A stretch of 64,000 nucleotides of DNA, from positions 768,001-832,000 of the forward strand of contig CAWGMA010000001.1 in assembly GCA_963823555.1 (NCBI GenBank), read 5' to 3'. The stretch is from Candidatus Eiseniibacteriota bacterium (lineage in GTDB: Bacteria; Eisenbacteria; RBG-16-71-46; CAVPCR01). Under the pieces are notes generated by a model. It had not been told where the DNA came from. It did not search any database and was given only the letters and a program-made list of their open reading frames with translations. The number at the start of each line of letters is the position of its first letter. Within the stretch, counting starts at the first letter, position 1. Shown here piece by piece: positions 20,837 through 31,018 of this stretch. A program made the position numbers and the translations under genes.

Positions 20837-21315
20837 GCGGGGGAGCATACGGGCCCGGGCCTCCGGTTTGCCACCGGTTCGATCCGCGGCGCCTGACGGC
20901 AGGGATCGGTGCCGCCGGGGACGCTCTTGCGGGCTCAAGCCGGGCCCGCGGACGGCCGAATCCAGATTGGAGGCGGTGGGCGCACCGGTCGTCGTGGCTT
21001 GCGCGTGGCCGGCGCGGGCGTCTCGCAGCGAGCAGCCCTGAGGCGTGCGCCATGCACGATCCCTCGGGGCCTGGCCCCCGCGAAGCACCCCGACCTGGTG
21101 CATCGGCCGCTTCATCCATCGCTACCGGCAGAGTTTGGCCACAGATCCCCGACCGTGGATCGAAGCGTCCGAGGGCACAGATCTTGCCCGAAGACCATGT
21201 CTTTGTGGGGATCCGCCCGGTTCGGACGGGCGCATGGCTCATCGGGAGTCAATGCGCCTCGCGATCGAGAGGCTCGCCGGCGGAATTCAACCACGCCACG
21301 CCCTGGGCCCATTCA

Positions 21316-22467
21316 ATGCAGAAACCATCCGTCACGCCGCCGCCCGGTCAGAACCCGAACCCGGCCAAAGTCCAGACGCAGAGCCTTCGCGAACTGCTCG
21401 ATATCGCGGTCAAGAAGGGTGCTTCGGATCTTCATCTCTCGGCCGGCGTGCCGCCGATGATCCGGGTCGATGGGGATCTGCTGCCGGAGTCGCAGTATCC
21501 GCCGCTCGAGCCCTCGGACACCCAGCGGCTCGCTTACTCGGTCCTTTCCGAGGAGCAGCGCAAGCGGTTCGAGAACACGCGCGAGCTCGATATCTCGTTC
21601 GGCATCAAGGGGCTCAGCCGCTTTCGCGCCAATGTCTTCATGCAGCGCGGTGTCGTGTCGATGGCGGTGCGACAGATTCCCTACACCGTGACGCCGCTCC
21701 CGGACCTCGGTCTGCCGAAGGTCGTGTACGAGTTCATTCGCAAGCCGAAGGGACTCGTGCTGGTGACCGGCCCCACCGGCAGCGGTAAGTCGACCAGCCT
21801 GGCGGCGATGATCGACACCATCAATCAGGAACGACAGGGCCACATCATCACCATCGAGGATCCGATCGAGTTCGTCCACAACCACAAGCAGTGTCTGGTC
21901 AACCAGCGCGAGGTCGGGGCGGATACCGAGGGTTTCTCCGAGGCGCTCAAGTACATCCTGCGACAAGACCCGGATGTGATCCTGATCGGTGAGATGCGCG
22001 ACCTGGAGACGGTGATGGCGGCGCTCACCATCGCCGAGACCGGCCACCTGGTCTTCGCCACGCTGCACACCAATTCGACCTACGAATCGATCAACCGTGT
22101 GGTCGACCTCTTCCCCTCGGATCAGCAGGAGCAGGTGCTGGCTCAGCTCTCCTTCGTCCTGCAGGGGGTGATGACGCAGCAGCTCCTGCCGCGGGCGCGC
22201 GGTCGCGGCCGGATCCTCTGCTGCGAGGTGCTGGTGGCCACGCCGGCGATCAGAGCGCTGGTCCGCGAGGGCAAGATCCACCAGGTCTACAGCTTGATGC
22301 AGGCGGGGCAGAAGTACGGCATGCAGACGATGAACCAGTCGCTCTATGCCGCCATCACGCGCCGCGAGATCACGCTCGAGCTGGGGCTGGAGCGCTCCGC
22401 CGATCCCAAGGAATTGCAGCAGATGTACGACAAGGGTGGGGTGGTGAACGGGGCGATCGCCGCCTAG
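21316..22467 (+). CDS. pilT: type IV pilus retraction ATPase PilT
   Basis: ASDLHLSAG, GPTGSGKSTS, TIEDPIE, RQDPDVILIGEMRD, TLHTN, AIRALVRE (AIRNLIRE variant), GMQTMNQ. Confidence 0.95.
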   Translation: MQKPSVTPPPGQNPNPAKVQTQSLRELLDIAVKKGASDLHLSAGVPPMIRVDGDLLPESQYPPLEPSDTQRLAYSVLSEEQRKRFENTRELDISFGIKGLSRFRANVFMQRGVVSMAVRQIPYTVTPLPDLGLPKVVYEFIRKPKGLVLVTGPTGSGKSTSLAAMIDTINQERQGHIITIEDPIEFVHNHKQCLVNQREVGADTEGFSEALKYILRQDPDVILIGEMRDLETVMAALTIAETGHLVFATLHTNSTYESINRVVDLFPSDQQEQVLAQLSFVLQGVMTQQLLPRARGRGRILCCEVLVATPAIRALVREGKIHQVYSLMQAGQKYGMQTMNQSLYAAITRREITLELGLERSADPKELQQMYDKGGVVNGAIAA

Positions 22468-22504
22468 CGGCGGCCGCAAGCCGGATATCGAGGAGGTCAG
22501 CGAC

Positions 22505-23713
22505 ATGCCTAGCTTCATCTGGAAAGGGCGGACACTCGCCGGGCAGACCCAGTCGGGGGTGGTCACCTTCGACAGCCGCGACGAGGTGCTCAACTTCCTG
22601 CGCAAGAACCGCATCATCGTCCAATCCCTGCGCGAGAAGCCGGCCGGCTTCCAGATCAAGCTGCCGTTCAAGCAGGGCGTGGGCACGCGCGATCTCGCCA
22701 TCTTCACCCGGCAGTTCTCGACGATGATCGACTCCGGGCTGCCGCTCGTGCAGTGCCTGGAGATCCTGTCGAAGCAGACCACCAAGCCCCACTTCCGGAA
22801 GGTCATCGAGCAGACGACCACCGATGTCGAGTCCGGATCGACGCTCAACGAGGCGCTGGCCAAGCATCCCTCGGTGTTCGACGGCCTCTACGTCAACATG
22901 GTCAACGCCGGCGAAGCCGGAGGCATTCTCGATACCATCCTGGCCCGTCTGGCCACCTATATCGAGAAGACCGACAGCTTGAAGCGAAAGGTGAAGAGCG
23001 CGCTGACCTACCCGGCGGTCGTTCTCACCGTGGCCATCGGTGTCACCGTCTTCATGCTGACGGCGATCATCCCCACCTTCGCCAAGCTGTTCTCCGATTT
23101 CGGCGCCGACTTGCCGCTCCCGACGCAGATCGTCGTCTCAATGAGCAATTTCCTGCGGGCCGCATGGTGGGCGATCCTGATTGCCATCGGGGCCAGTATC
23201 TTCGCTCTCAAGAACTTCTACAAGACGGACCGCGGCCAGCACGTCATCGACCGGCAGATGCTGCGGATCCCGGTCCTCGGCGACGTGCTGCGCAAGGCAT
23301 CGGTGGCTCGCTTCACGCGCACGCTCGGCACCCTGGTGGCGAGCGGTGTCCCGATCCTGAAGGGGCTCGAGATCACCGCCGAGACCGCCGGGAACATCAT
23401 CCTGTCCGATGCCATCAAGGAAACTCGGAACTCGATCGGACAGGGAGAGACCATCTCCGGTCCGCTGGCCAAGTGCGATGTCTTCCCGCCGATGGTGGTG
23501 CAGATGATCGCCGTCGGCGAGGAGACGGGTGCTCTCGATCAGATGCTCAACAAGATCGCCGATTTCTATGATGACGAGGTGGATACCGCCGTCGCCACGC
23601 TGACCTCGGTGATCGAGCCGGTCCTCATCGTCATCATGGGCGTCATCGTCGGCGGCATGGTGATCGCCATGTACATGCCGATGTTCGAGATGGTCTCGGC
23701 CATCACCCAGTAA
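22505..23713 (+). CDS. pilC: type IV pilus platform protein PilC (GspF family)
   Basis: FTRQFSTMIDSGLPL, AGEAGGILD, VGEETGALDQML, AMYMPMF. Confidence 0.96.
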   Translation: MPSFIWKGRTLAGQTQSGVVTFDSRDEVLNFLRKNRIIVQSLREKPAGFQIKLPFKQGVGTRDLAIFTRQFSTMIDSGLPLVQCLEILSKQTTKPHFRKVIEQTTTDVESGSTLNEALAKHPSVFDGLYVNMVNAGEAGGILDTILARLATYIEKTDSLKRKVKSALTYPAVVLTVAIGVTVFMLTAIIPTFAKLFSDFGADLPLPTQIVVSMSNFLRAAWWAILIAIGASIFALKNFYKTDRGQHVIDRQMLRIPVLGDVLRKASVARFTRTLGTLVASGVPILKGLEITAETAGNIILSDAIKETRNSIGQGETISGPLAKCDVFPPMVVQMIAVGEETGALDQMLNKIADFYDDEVDTAVATLTSVIEPVLIVIMGVIVGGMVIAMYMPMFEMVSAITQ

Positions 23714-25488
23714 TGACGGACACAACGAGCACGGATCGCTTGCGGGCCCTGCGCACCAACCTGCGCAGGGCCCGCGCGCGTGCTGAGCGGGCTGTCGAAC
23801 CCGAGCTCCTGGTGAGCCGCCCGCTGGCTGTGATCGCGGCTCGAGCCGCGGTGATGACCCTCGTCACGGTCTTCGCCCTGGCCTTCGATGTGGGGAGGGC
23901 GGGAACCGGCTCTTCCCTCGGGTTCCTGGTCGTTCTCGGCGCGTCCTACCTGACCACGGGAGCCGCGTTCTTGGTCGCACGCCGGGGGGTCAGCCGTGCT
24001 CTTCTCCTGACGCTCTTCGTCGTCGACGTGCCCCTGACGACCGCGGTCGTCCACCTTACCGGCGGCATCGAGAGCCAGTTCGTCGTCCTCTATCTCTTCC
24101 TGATCCTGGTGGCCGGGATCGTGCTCGCCGGGCGCGGGGGGTTGGTGGTCGGCACGGCGGCGGCCGTGGCCTATGTGGCCCTGATCGTTCTCGAGGCCGG
24201 GGGCTGGATCGCGGCCATCGGGTATGCCGGGGCCGAGCCGCGGGCCTTCGGTGTCCACGGCAGCGTGGATCTGATCCAGGTCGGGCTCTACGTCGGCATG
24301 TTCGTCGCGGTCGGTGCCTTCGCCGGCGCTGCCGGGCGCTTGCTCCACGAGCGTGTGAGCGCGCTCGAGCTGGCCAATCGCCGGCTGGCGCGCGCGCGCA
24401 TCGACACCGCCTTCGTGCTGACGCAGCTCGGGAGCGGGCTCCTCTCCCTGGACGAGGACGGCCACATCCTGCATTTCAACCGGGCCGCAGGCGAGATCCT
24501 CGGCCTGGATCCGGCGGCGATCGTCGGCCACCCCCTGGCCGCGCTCGGCCCGGGCGCGCAGGCCTTCGTCGGCTGGATCGAGGAAGCACGGCGTGGCACG
24601 GTGCCGCTCATGCGCCAGCATGTCGACATCACGACCCCCGCCGGTCTCACCATGCCCATCGGGATGAGCGGCTCTCGCGTCGGCCAGCATGGGCTCATCG
24701 TCGTCTTTCAGGATTTGACCCTGGCCCGGCGCGAGGAGGCCGAGCGTGCCCGCAAGGAGAAACTGGCCGCGATCGGCGGGCTGGTCGCCGGCATCACGCA
24801 CGAGATTCGCAACGGCATCCGTCCCATCGCCGGCTCGCTCGACGTGCTCAGGCAAGAATCGGCGATGACCGGTCAGAATCAGCGCCTACTCGACATTGCC
24901 GCCCGCGAATGCACGCGCGTCGGTCGCTTCATCCAGGCGCTCCTCGACTATGGGCGGGTCACGCCGCTGGTGCCGGCTCCGGTGGACCTCTGCGAACTGC
25001 TCGCCGAGGTGGAGGAGCTGGCCCGCATCGAAGGGGGAGACCGCATCCGCGTCGTGATCCGCATCGATGAGTCGGCGCGCGGACTCACCGCTCTCATCGA
25101 TCGCGAGCAGATGAAGCAGGTGCTGGTGAACCTGGTCCAGAACGCCATCGAGGCGATGGGAGCGAGCGGAGGCGAGCTCCACCTCGGGCTCGCCCGCGAG
25201 GCGGAGCATGTCCCGGGCGAGTCCGCCGCCCGCATCGCGGTCGCCGATACCGGGCCTGGAGTGCCTGCGGACATCGCCAGCCGCATCTTCGAGCCCTTCT
25301 TCACCACCAAGCCGGGCGGCACCGGATTCGGGCTCGCCATCGCCGCCGGCATCATCGAGCGGCACGGTGGATCGCTCGAGATGGCGGCCGATCGCTCCGG
25401 GCGCGGCGCCACATTCCTCATCCGGCTCCCCGAGCGCGCCTCCCTCGCCCATCCCGAGCTCGCCGAGCCGATCCCCGCGAGGGCGTAG
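23713..25488 (+). CDS. pilS: sensor histidine kinase PilS
   Basis: About 6 N-terminal TM helices with TGGIESQF, PAS region, H-box HEIRN, NAIEA, DTGPG, FFTTKPGGTGFGL; position in the pil locus. Confidence 0.85.
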   Translation: MTDTTSTDRLRALRTNLRRARARAERAVEPELLVSRPLAVIAARAAVMTLVTVFALAFDVGRAGTGSSLGFLVVLGASYLTTGAAFLVARRGVSRALLLTLFVVDVPLTTAVVHLTGGIESQFVVLYLFLILVAGIVLAGRGGLVVGTAAAVAYVALIVLEAGGWIAAIGYAGAEPRAFGVHGSVDLIQVGLYVGMFVAVGAFAGAAGRLLHERVSALELANRRLARARIDTAFVLTQLGSGLLSLDEDGHILHFNRAAGEILGLDPAAIVGHPLAALGPGAQAFVGWIEEARRGTVPLMRQHVDITTPAGLTMPIGMSGSRVGQHGLIVVFQDLTLARREEAERARKEKLAAIGGLVAGITHEIRNGIRPIAGSLDVLRQESAMTGQNQRLLDIAARECTRVGRFIQALLDYGRVTPLVPAPVDLCELLAEVEELARIEGGDRIRVVIRIDESARGLTALIDREQMKQVLVNLVQNAIEAMGASGGELHLGLAREAEHVPGESAARIAVADTGPGVPADIASRIFEPFFTTKPGGTGFGLAIAAGIIERHGGSLEMAADRSGRGATFLIRLPERASLAHPELAEPIPARA

Positions 25489-25530
25489 CTCGAGCCGCAC
25501 GCGCCACCGCGACTGCGCTACACTGCGGTC

Positions 25531-26811
25531 GTGGAAAAGGCAGGGGAGATCCAGATCACGCTCGAGAGCCTCGGGCACGGGCCGCATGCCATCGGTCATC
25601 TCGATGGCCAGGCGGTGTTCGTACGCGGTGGGGCGCCGGGGGACGAGGTGACCGCGCGTGTCACCCGCCGCCATGCGCGCCATCTGGTGGCCGAGCTCGT
25701 CGAGATCCTGAAGCCCGGACCGTCACGGCGGGACCCGCCGTGTCCCGCCTATCCGCTCTGCGGCGGTTGCTCGTGGCAGCATCTCGACTACCCCGCTCAG
25801 CTCGCGGCCAAGGTCGCCAATGTCAGGCGCGAGCTGGCACGACTCGGTGGCGATGTGAGCCTCGGTGAAGTGATCGCCGCGCCCGAAGAGTGGGCTTATC
25901 GGCGGCGCGTCCATCTGCACGTGGACCCCGCAGGTCGGGTCGGCTTCATGCATGCGAGAAGCCACCGGATCGTGGAGATCGAATCCTGCCTCATTGCCGA
26001 GGCCACGGTCGCGGCCGCCATCGTGCCGGCACGGCGACTCGTGCGCCAGCTACGCACTCCGGTCGAGAGCTGCGATGTCAGCACGCGGGGAGAGCTTCGG
26101 GAAGCGGTGCTGACATTCACCACGCTGGGACCGCTGGTACGCGGTGACGGCGGGCGCATCGAGCGCTTCCTGGCCGGCACGCCCGCCGTCTCCGGCATCG
26201 TTCTCGCCGGGCGCGGCTGGATGCGAACCTACGGCGCGGTGAAGCAGCGCGTGCGCCAGATGGATGGCTTCGTGGAGCTACCGCCTGCGGTCTTCACCCA
26301 GGCGAACACCCAAGCGAACGATCTCCTCCGGGCGCGCGTGGTCGATCTCGTATCCGATCCGCCGCCGGGTCGCATTCTCGAGCTCCACGCCGGAGCCGGG
26401 AATTTCACGCTGGCCCTCGCCCGCCACGCGGTGGCGCCTGGCGGCTCGGTCCATGCCGTCGAGCGCGAGAGCCGGAACGCCGCGGCGCTCCGGCGCGCCG
26501 CGCGCCAGATCGGGCAGGTCACCATCGAGCGCGCCACCGCGGCCGCAGCACTCGCCCGGGCGCGCGCGAGCGGGGAACCTTTCGACGTGGTGGTCCTCGA
26601 TCCCCCCCGCACCGGGTTCCGCGACGAGGCGCCGCTCCTCCTCGATCTCGCCCCGGCCCGGATCGTGGCCGTGTCCTGCGATCTGGCCACCTTCGGGCGT
26701 GATGCGCGGACGCTCCTGGCCGGCGGCTACCATCTCGATCACATCGACCTCGTGGATCTCTTCCCGCAGACCTTCCACCTGGAGCTCGTGGCCCGCTTCC
26801 GCCGCACCTAG
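25531..26811 (+). CDS. TRAM-domain RNA m5U methyltransferase (RlmD/TrmA family)
   Basis: TRAM N terminus, CPAYPLCGGCSWQH FeS motif, FTQAN, LDPPRTG, VSCD, DLFPQTFHLE. Confidence 0.9.
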   Translation: MEKAGEIQITLESLGHGPHAIGHLDGQAVFVRGGAPGDEVTARVTRRHARHLVAELVEILKPGPSRRDPPCPAYPLCGGCSWQHLDYPAQLAAKVANVRRELARLGGDVSLGEVIAAPEEWAYRRRVHLHVDPAGRVGFMHARSHRIVEIESCLIAEATVAAAIVPARRLVRQLRTPVESCDVSTRGELREAVLTFTTLGPLVRGDGGRIERFLAGTPAVSGIVLAGRGWMRTYGAVKQRVRQMDGFVELPPAVFTQANTQANDLLRARVVDLVSDPPPGRILELHAGAGNFTLALARHAVAPGGSVHAVERESRNAAALRRAARQIGQVTIERATAAAALARARASGEPFDVVVLDPPRTGFRDEAPLLLDLAPARIVAVSCDLATFGRDARTLLAGGYHLDHIDLVDLFPQTFHLELVARFRRT

Positions 26812-27056
26812 GGGGCCGCCCGGCCCACCCGGCGCCCCCGGGGGCTCGCCCCCGGGAGCGGCCTCCGGGGACCCCGGCGCGCGCCCGCCCCCGGGCGTTT
26901 TGCCCCAGCCCCGCCCTCCAGGCCTCGCAGCTTGCATTCCCGGCTTCAGAAGGGCCCAGGAACTTCCGATACACGCTCGGGAGCTGCGATCCGGCTCCAC
27001 CGCGCCATCCGCTGGCGCGGGCCACACCTCGGCACTGGCTTCATTGAGGTAACCCG

Positions 27057-28454
27057 ATGACCGGCGAACACATCCTGGTAGTTGATGACGAGCAGAGCAT
27101 GACCGAATTCATCTCGATCCTGCTCGGCAAGGACGGATACCGGGTCACAACCGTCAACTCGGGGGTCGAGGCCCTCGAGAAGGCGCAGGAATCCCGGGTC
27201 GATTGCGTCATCACCGACATCAAGATGCCGGGCATTGACGGGATTGCCGTCCTCGACGGGATCAAGCGCATCGATCCCTCGATTCCCGTCATCATCATGA
27301 CCGCATTCGCGTCGCGGCAGTCCGCCATCGATGCCGTCAACAAGGGCGCCTTCCAGTACCTGGAGAAGAGCGCCAACAACGACGAGATCAAGGTCACGGT
27401 CAAGAACGCACTGCGAATCCGCAAGGTGCAATCGGAAAACCAATTGCTCAAGCGCCAGCTCAAACGCACACACGAAGACCGCCCCATCATCGGCAAGAGC
27501 GAGGAGATGATGTCGGTGTTCAAGATGGTCGACAAGGTCGCCGAGACCGATTCCACCATCCTCATCTATGGCGAGAGCGGCACGGGCAAGGAGCTGATTG
27601 CCCGCGAGATCCACTATCGCTCCAAGCGGGCCAGCGGCCCCTTCGTCTCCATCAACTGCGGCGCCTTGCCCAAGGATCTCCTCGAGTCCAACCTCTTCGG
27701 TCACGTCAAGGGTTCATTCACGGGCGCCATCCGCGATCAGGACGGCATGCTCAAGGTGGCCGAGTGCGGGAGCTTCTTCCTGGACGAGGTGGGAGAGACC
27801 TCGCCGGCCACTCAGGTCAAGCTCCTGCGCGCGTTGCAGGAGCGCGAGATCATCCCGGTCGGCGGCACCAAGCCGATCAAGATCGATGTGCGTCTGATCG
27901 CCGCCACCAACGCCGATCTCGAGCGGCAGGTGACCGAGGGGCGCTTCCGCGCCGATCTCTACTACCGCCTCAACGTGATTCCGATCCGCCTGCCCTCGCT
28001 CCGTGAACGGCGCGACGACATCCCGCTCCTGGTCGATCATTTTCTCCGCAAGTGCTGCAACGAGGAGCTCAAGACCTGTGCCCGCGACGCGATGGATCTT
28101 CTCATCAAGTACGACTGGCCGGGCAACGTGCGGGAACTGGAGAACGTGATCGAGAGGGCGGTGATCCTGAACGAGGGCGGCATCATCGATGCCGGAGATC
28201 TGCCGATCAAGATCCGCACCGGCGGCATCCGCCGCGGCAGCCTGGTCATCGATTCGCCCTCCATGACCCTGGAGGAGCTCGAGCGCGAGTACATCCTGAA
28301 GGTGCTCAATCACACCAGCTGGCACAAGAAGCGCGCCTCCGAGATCCTCGGCATCAATGCGTCGACTCTCTACCGCAAGCTCCAGGCCTATCAGATGGAA
28401 GGCCAGGAGACGCCGGAAGACGGAGAGGATGACGAGGGGCGGATCGCCGCCTAG
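27057..28454 (+). CDS. pilR: sigma-54-dependent response regulator PilR
   Basis: Receiver domain, GESGTGKE, GSFTGA, FLDEVGE, FRADLYYRLNV, WPGNVRELEN, Fis HTH; directly upstream of the pilin. Confidence 0.88.
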   Translation: MTGEHILVVDDEQSMTEFISILLGKDGYRVTTVNSGVEALEKAQESRVDCVITDIKMPGIDGIAVLDGIKRIDPSIPVIIMTAFASRQSAIDAVNKGAFQYLEKSANNDEIKVTVKNALRIRKVQSENQLLKRQLKRTHEDRPIIGKSEEMMSVFKMVDKVAETDSTILIYGESGTGKELIAREIHYRSKRASGPFVSINCGALPKDLLESNLFGHVKGSFTGAIRDQDGMLKVAECGSFFLDEVGETSPATQVKLLRALQEREIIPVGGTKPIKIDVRLIAATNADLERQVTEGRFRADLYYRLNVIPIRLPSLRERRDDIPLLVDHFLRKCCNEELKTCARDAMDLLIKYDWPGNVRELENVIERAVILNEGGIIDAGDLPIKIRTGGIRRGSLVIDSPSMTLEELEREYILKVLNHTSWHKKRASEILGINASTLYRKLQAYQMEGQETPEDGEDDEGRIAA

Positions 28455-28626
28455 CGGGCGCCGGCATTGCAGGTTGATGCGGCGCCATGCACATCGCACG
28501 GACGATGCAGAACGCGACGGCGAAGGCGAATAGCGCGCGGCCGGATGGCCGCAGGAGACTGCGGGGAGCACACGCTCTCCAGCATAACCGGCCGCAACAG
28601 AACATGATACGAGCGGCGATCGAAGG

Positions 28627-28642
28627 TGGCATGGCCGATGCT
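28627..28642 (+). promoter_or_regulatory. sigma-54 -24/-12 promoter of pilA
   Basis: TGGCAT-GGCCG-ATGCT with correct GG-N10-GC spacing, about 90 nt before pilA. Confidence 0.7.
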
Positions 28643-28731
28643 ACCCCGGACGCAGCGAGTGTCAGCACGGCGCGACTCGGCGCCGAGACTTCACGGCGAA
28701 CAAGCCGGATCCGGAAGAGGAGGTTAGGTTC

Positions 28732-29142
28732 ATGCGCAGCATGAAGGGCTTCACCCTCATCGAGCTCATGATCGTGGTCGTGATCATCGGTATCCTGGCC
28801 GCGATTGCAATTCCGAACTTCGTACAGATGCAGGCTCGTGCCAAGGAAGCTGCGGTCAAGTCGAACATGCACACGACCCAGCTCGCGGCCGAGGACTATG
28901 CCGTTCGCAACAACGGCGACTACCCGGACAACGTTGCGGACTTCAGGGGCGCCCTGCCCGACACCTCGGGCTTCGTGAATCCGTTCACGGGCGCCATCGC
29001 CCTGCCGACCGACGCCACGGCGGCGGCGCAGGGTGCTGTCGGCTACGTCGACAACACGGTCAACAACGCGACGATCAGCTACGTGATCTCGGGCTACGGG
29101 AAGGATGCTCTCCTTCCGCTCACGCTGACCAACGGTTCGTAG
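28732..29142 (+). CDS. pilA: type IVa major pilin
   Basis: Class III signal KG|FTLIELMIVVVIIGILAAIAIPNF; GAGGAGG RBS; downstream of pilR. Confidence 0.93.
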   Translation: MRSMKGFTLIELMIVVVIIGILAAIAIPNFVQMQARAKEAAVKSNMHTTQLAAEDYAVRNNGDYPDNVADFRGALPDTSGFVNPFTGAIALPTDATAAAQGAVGYVDNTVNNATISYVISGYGKDALLPLTLTNGS

Positions 29143-29244
29143 CCGATAGCGCGTGGCAGTCGGTTCCGATCCGGATCCGATGAGTGCGGCGCCTCCGCTC
29201 GAAACGGAGGCGCCGCCATCTCGCGCCTGAGAGGGGGACGCGCC

Positions 29245-30249
29245 GTGCAGGGAGCGCATGCGACGCTGGATGGGATGGACGCCATGGAGACCGGGCCGCG
29301 GCTCGCTGCCGAGCCGGCCCGCTTCGTCATTCGCATCGCGGGACTCGAGAAGAGCTTTCGATCGCCACTCACCCTGCAGCGAAAGCCGGTCTTGAGCGGC
29401 CTCGGCCTCGACGTCATCGAGGGCGAGGTTTTCGGCTTTCTGGGCCTGAATGGCGCCGGCAAGACCACCACCATCCGTTGCATGACGGGACTCTCACGGC
29501 CCGGACGGGGAACCGTTCGACTCTTCGGCGCCGACCCGCGGCTGCCGGCCGTCCGCCGTCGCCTGGGTTATCTGCCCGAGAATCCCGCCTTTCCCGATCA
29601 TCTGACTCCGATCGAGGTGCTCGACCTGGCCGGCCGCTTGAGCGAGCTCCCGGCACCGCACCGCCGCCGGCGCACCGACGAGGTCGTGGCCGCGCTCCGT
29701 CTGGAGCCCTTCGCCCGCACGCGGCTCCGCAAGCTCTCGAAAGGCACGGTGCAGCGCGTGGGGATCGCGCAGGCGATCCTCTCCGAGCCGGAACTCCTGA
29801 TCCTCGATGAACCGATGTCGGGCCTCGATCCGCTCGGTCGCAGCGACGTGCGCGATCTCATCGACCGCTGGCGCGCGGCGGGCCGTACCGTCTTCTTCAG
29901 CTCGCACATCGTGCCCGACGTCGAGGCCATCTGCGACCGCGTCGGGATCCTGAACCGGGGCCGGTTGACTCGCATCGGCCGCATCGAGGAACTGACGACC
30001 GTGCGCCTCCATGCCATCGAGATCCTGGTGCGGAACGTGTCCCCGGAGCTCGTGGCGCGCCTGTGCGGACCCGAGGACGTTCTCGAAGAGCGCGGGCCCA
30101 CGTTGCGCGTGCTGCTCCACGACCCCGAGTACCTGGACCGCTTCATCCTGCGCGTGCTGCAAGCGGGGGGACGCATCGAGACCCTCGATCGCCGGCGCGA
30201 GCGGCTCGAGGACTTCTTCGTCCGCTCGGCCGGGGAGGACGCGGCATGA
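29245..30249 (+). CDS. ABC transporter ATP-binding protein (Myxococcus PilH-like)
   Basis: GLNGAGKTT, LSKG signature, LILDEPMSGLDP, FSSH; start may be 29275. Confidence 0.9.
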   Translation: MQGAHATLDGMDAMETGPRLAAEPARFVIRIAGLEKSFRSPLTLQRKPVLSGLGLDVIEGEVFGFLGLNGAGKTTTIRCMTGLSRPGRGTVRLFGADPRLPAVRRRLGYLPENPAFPDHLTPIEVLDLAGRLSELPAPHRRRRTDEVVAALRLEPFARTRLRKLSKGTVQRVGIAQAILSEPELLILDEPMSGLDPLGRSDVRDLIDRWRAAGRTVFFSSHIVPDVEAICDRVGILNRGRLTRIGRIEELTTVRLHAIEILVRNVSPELVARLCGPEDVLEERGPTLRVLLHDPEYLDRFILRVLQAGGRIETLDRRRERLEDFFVRSAGEDAA

Positions 30250-31001
30250 GCCGGATCTGGGCCATCGCAATGCACACCGTACGGGAGGCCATGCGCGCGC
30301 AGGTGCTCTATGTCCTCGGCGTGTCCGGCCTCATCATCATCGCGGGATCGATGCTCCTGGCCCCGATCGCGCTCGGCCAGGTGCAGCGCATCGTCATCGA
30401 TCTCGGGCTCACGGCGATGAGCATCCTTGGTCTCTTGCTCCTCACTCTCCTCGGGATCAACGTGGTGGCGCGCGAGATCGAGCGCCGGACGGTCGACGTG
30501 TTGCTCGCCAAGCCGATCCGGCGGGCCGACTACGTGCTCGGGAAGTACCTGGGTCTGGTCATGACCCTGGCGATCCTCGTGGTGGTGCAGACCGCCTTCC
30601 TGCTCGTGGCCGGGGTCCTCGTCACCGGCGCCTTCGAGCCGCGGACCATGCTCGGCGGGGCCATGGTCTTTCTCGAGCTGGCAACCCTGGCCGCGGTGGT
30701 CGTGCTCTATGCGAGCTTCGCCGGCCCCCTGGTCGCGGCCTTTCTCACCGTCGCCACCTATGTCGCCGGCCACCTGGTCGCCGATCTCACCGATTTCGCG
30801 GCAGCGGCGGGAGCCTCCGCCATGGCCTGGGCCTATTACGCGCTCCCCAATCTCGCGAGCTTCGACGTCCGGCCGGAGGTCGTCCATGGGCTTCCCATCG
30901 AGTCGGGGCGGCTCCTCCTGACCGCGGCCCACGGCGCGAGCTACGCGGTGCTGGCCCTGGTCCTGGCCGTCATGGTCTTCGAGCGGCGCGAGCTCCGCTA
31001 G
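30246..31001 (+). CDS. ABC-2 permease (Myxococcus PilI-like)
   Basis: REIERRTVDVLLAKPIRRADYVLGKYLG, LPNL, FERREL; about 6 TM helices. Confidence 0.85.
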   Translation: MSRIWAIAMHTVREAMRAQVLYVLGVSGLIIIAGSMLLAPIALGQVQRIVIDLGLTAMSILGLLLLTLLGINVVAREIERRTVDVLLAKPIRRADYVLGKYLGLVMTLAILVVVQTAFLLVAGVLVTGAFEPRTMLGGAMVFLELATLAAVVVLYASFAGPLVAAFLTVATYVAGHLVADLTDFAAAAGASAMAWAYYALPNLASFDVRPEVVHGLPIESGRLLLTAAHGASYAVLALVLAVMVFERRELR

Positions 31002-31018
31002 GGAAGGAGAGAGACAGC

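Noticed and set aside
11690..21315. Insert between pilB and pilT as a mobile element
   Set aside because: No integrase, transposase, terminal repeats or evident composition shift
20788..21315. Long N-terminal extensions in the ORF track (pilT, pilM, TBDR, Rieske, cyt b, peptidase and others)
   Set aside because: Downstream starts with RBS or stop-start overlaps match family N termini better
28732..29142. Pilin as an electrically conductive e-pilin
   Set aside because: Only 10 Phe/Tyr in 130 residues, none between positions 24 and 50, and the pilin is not truncated
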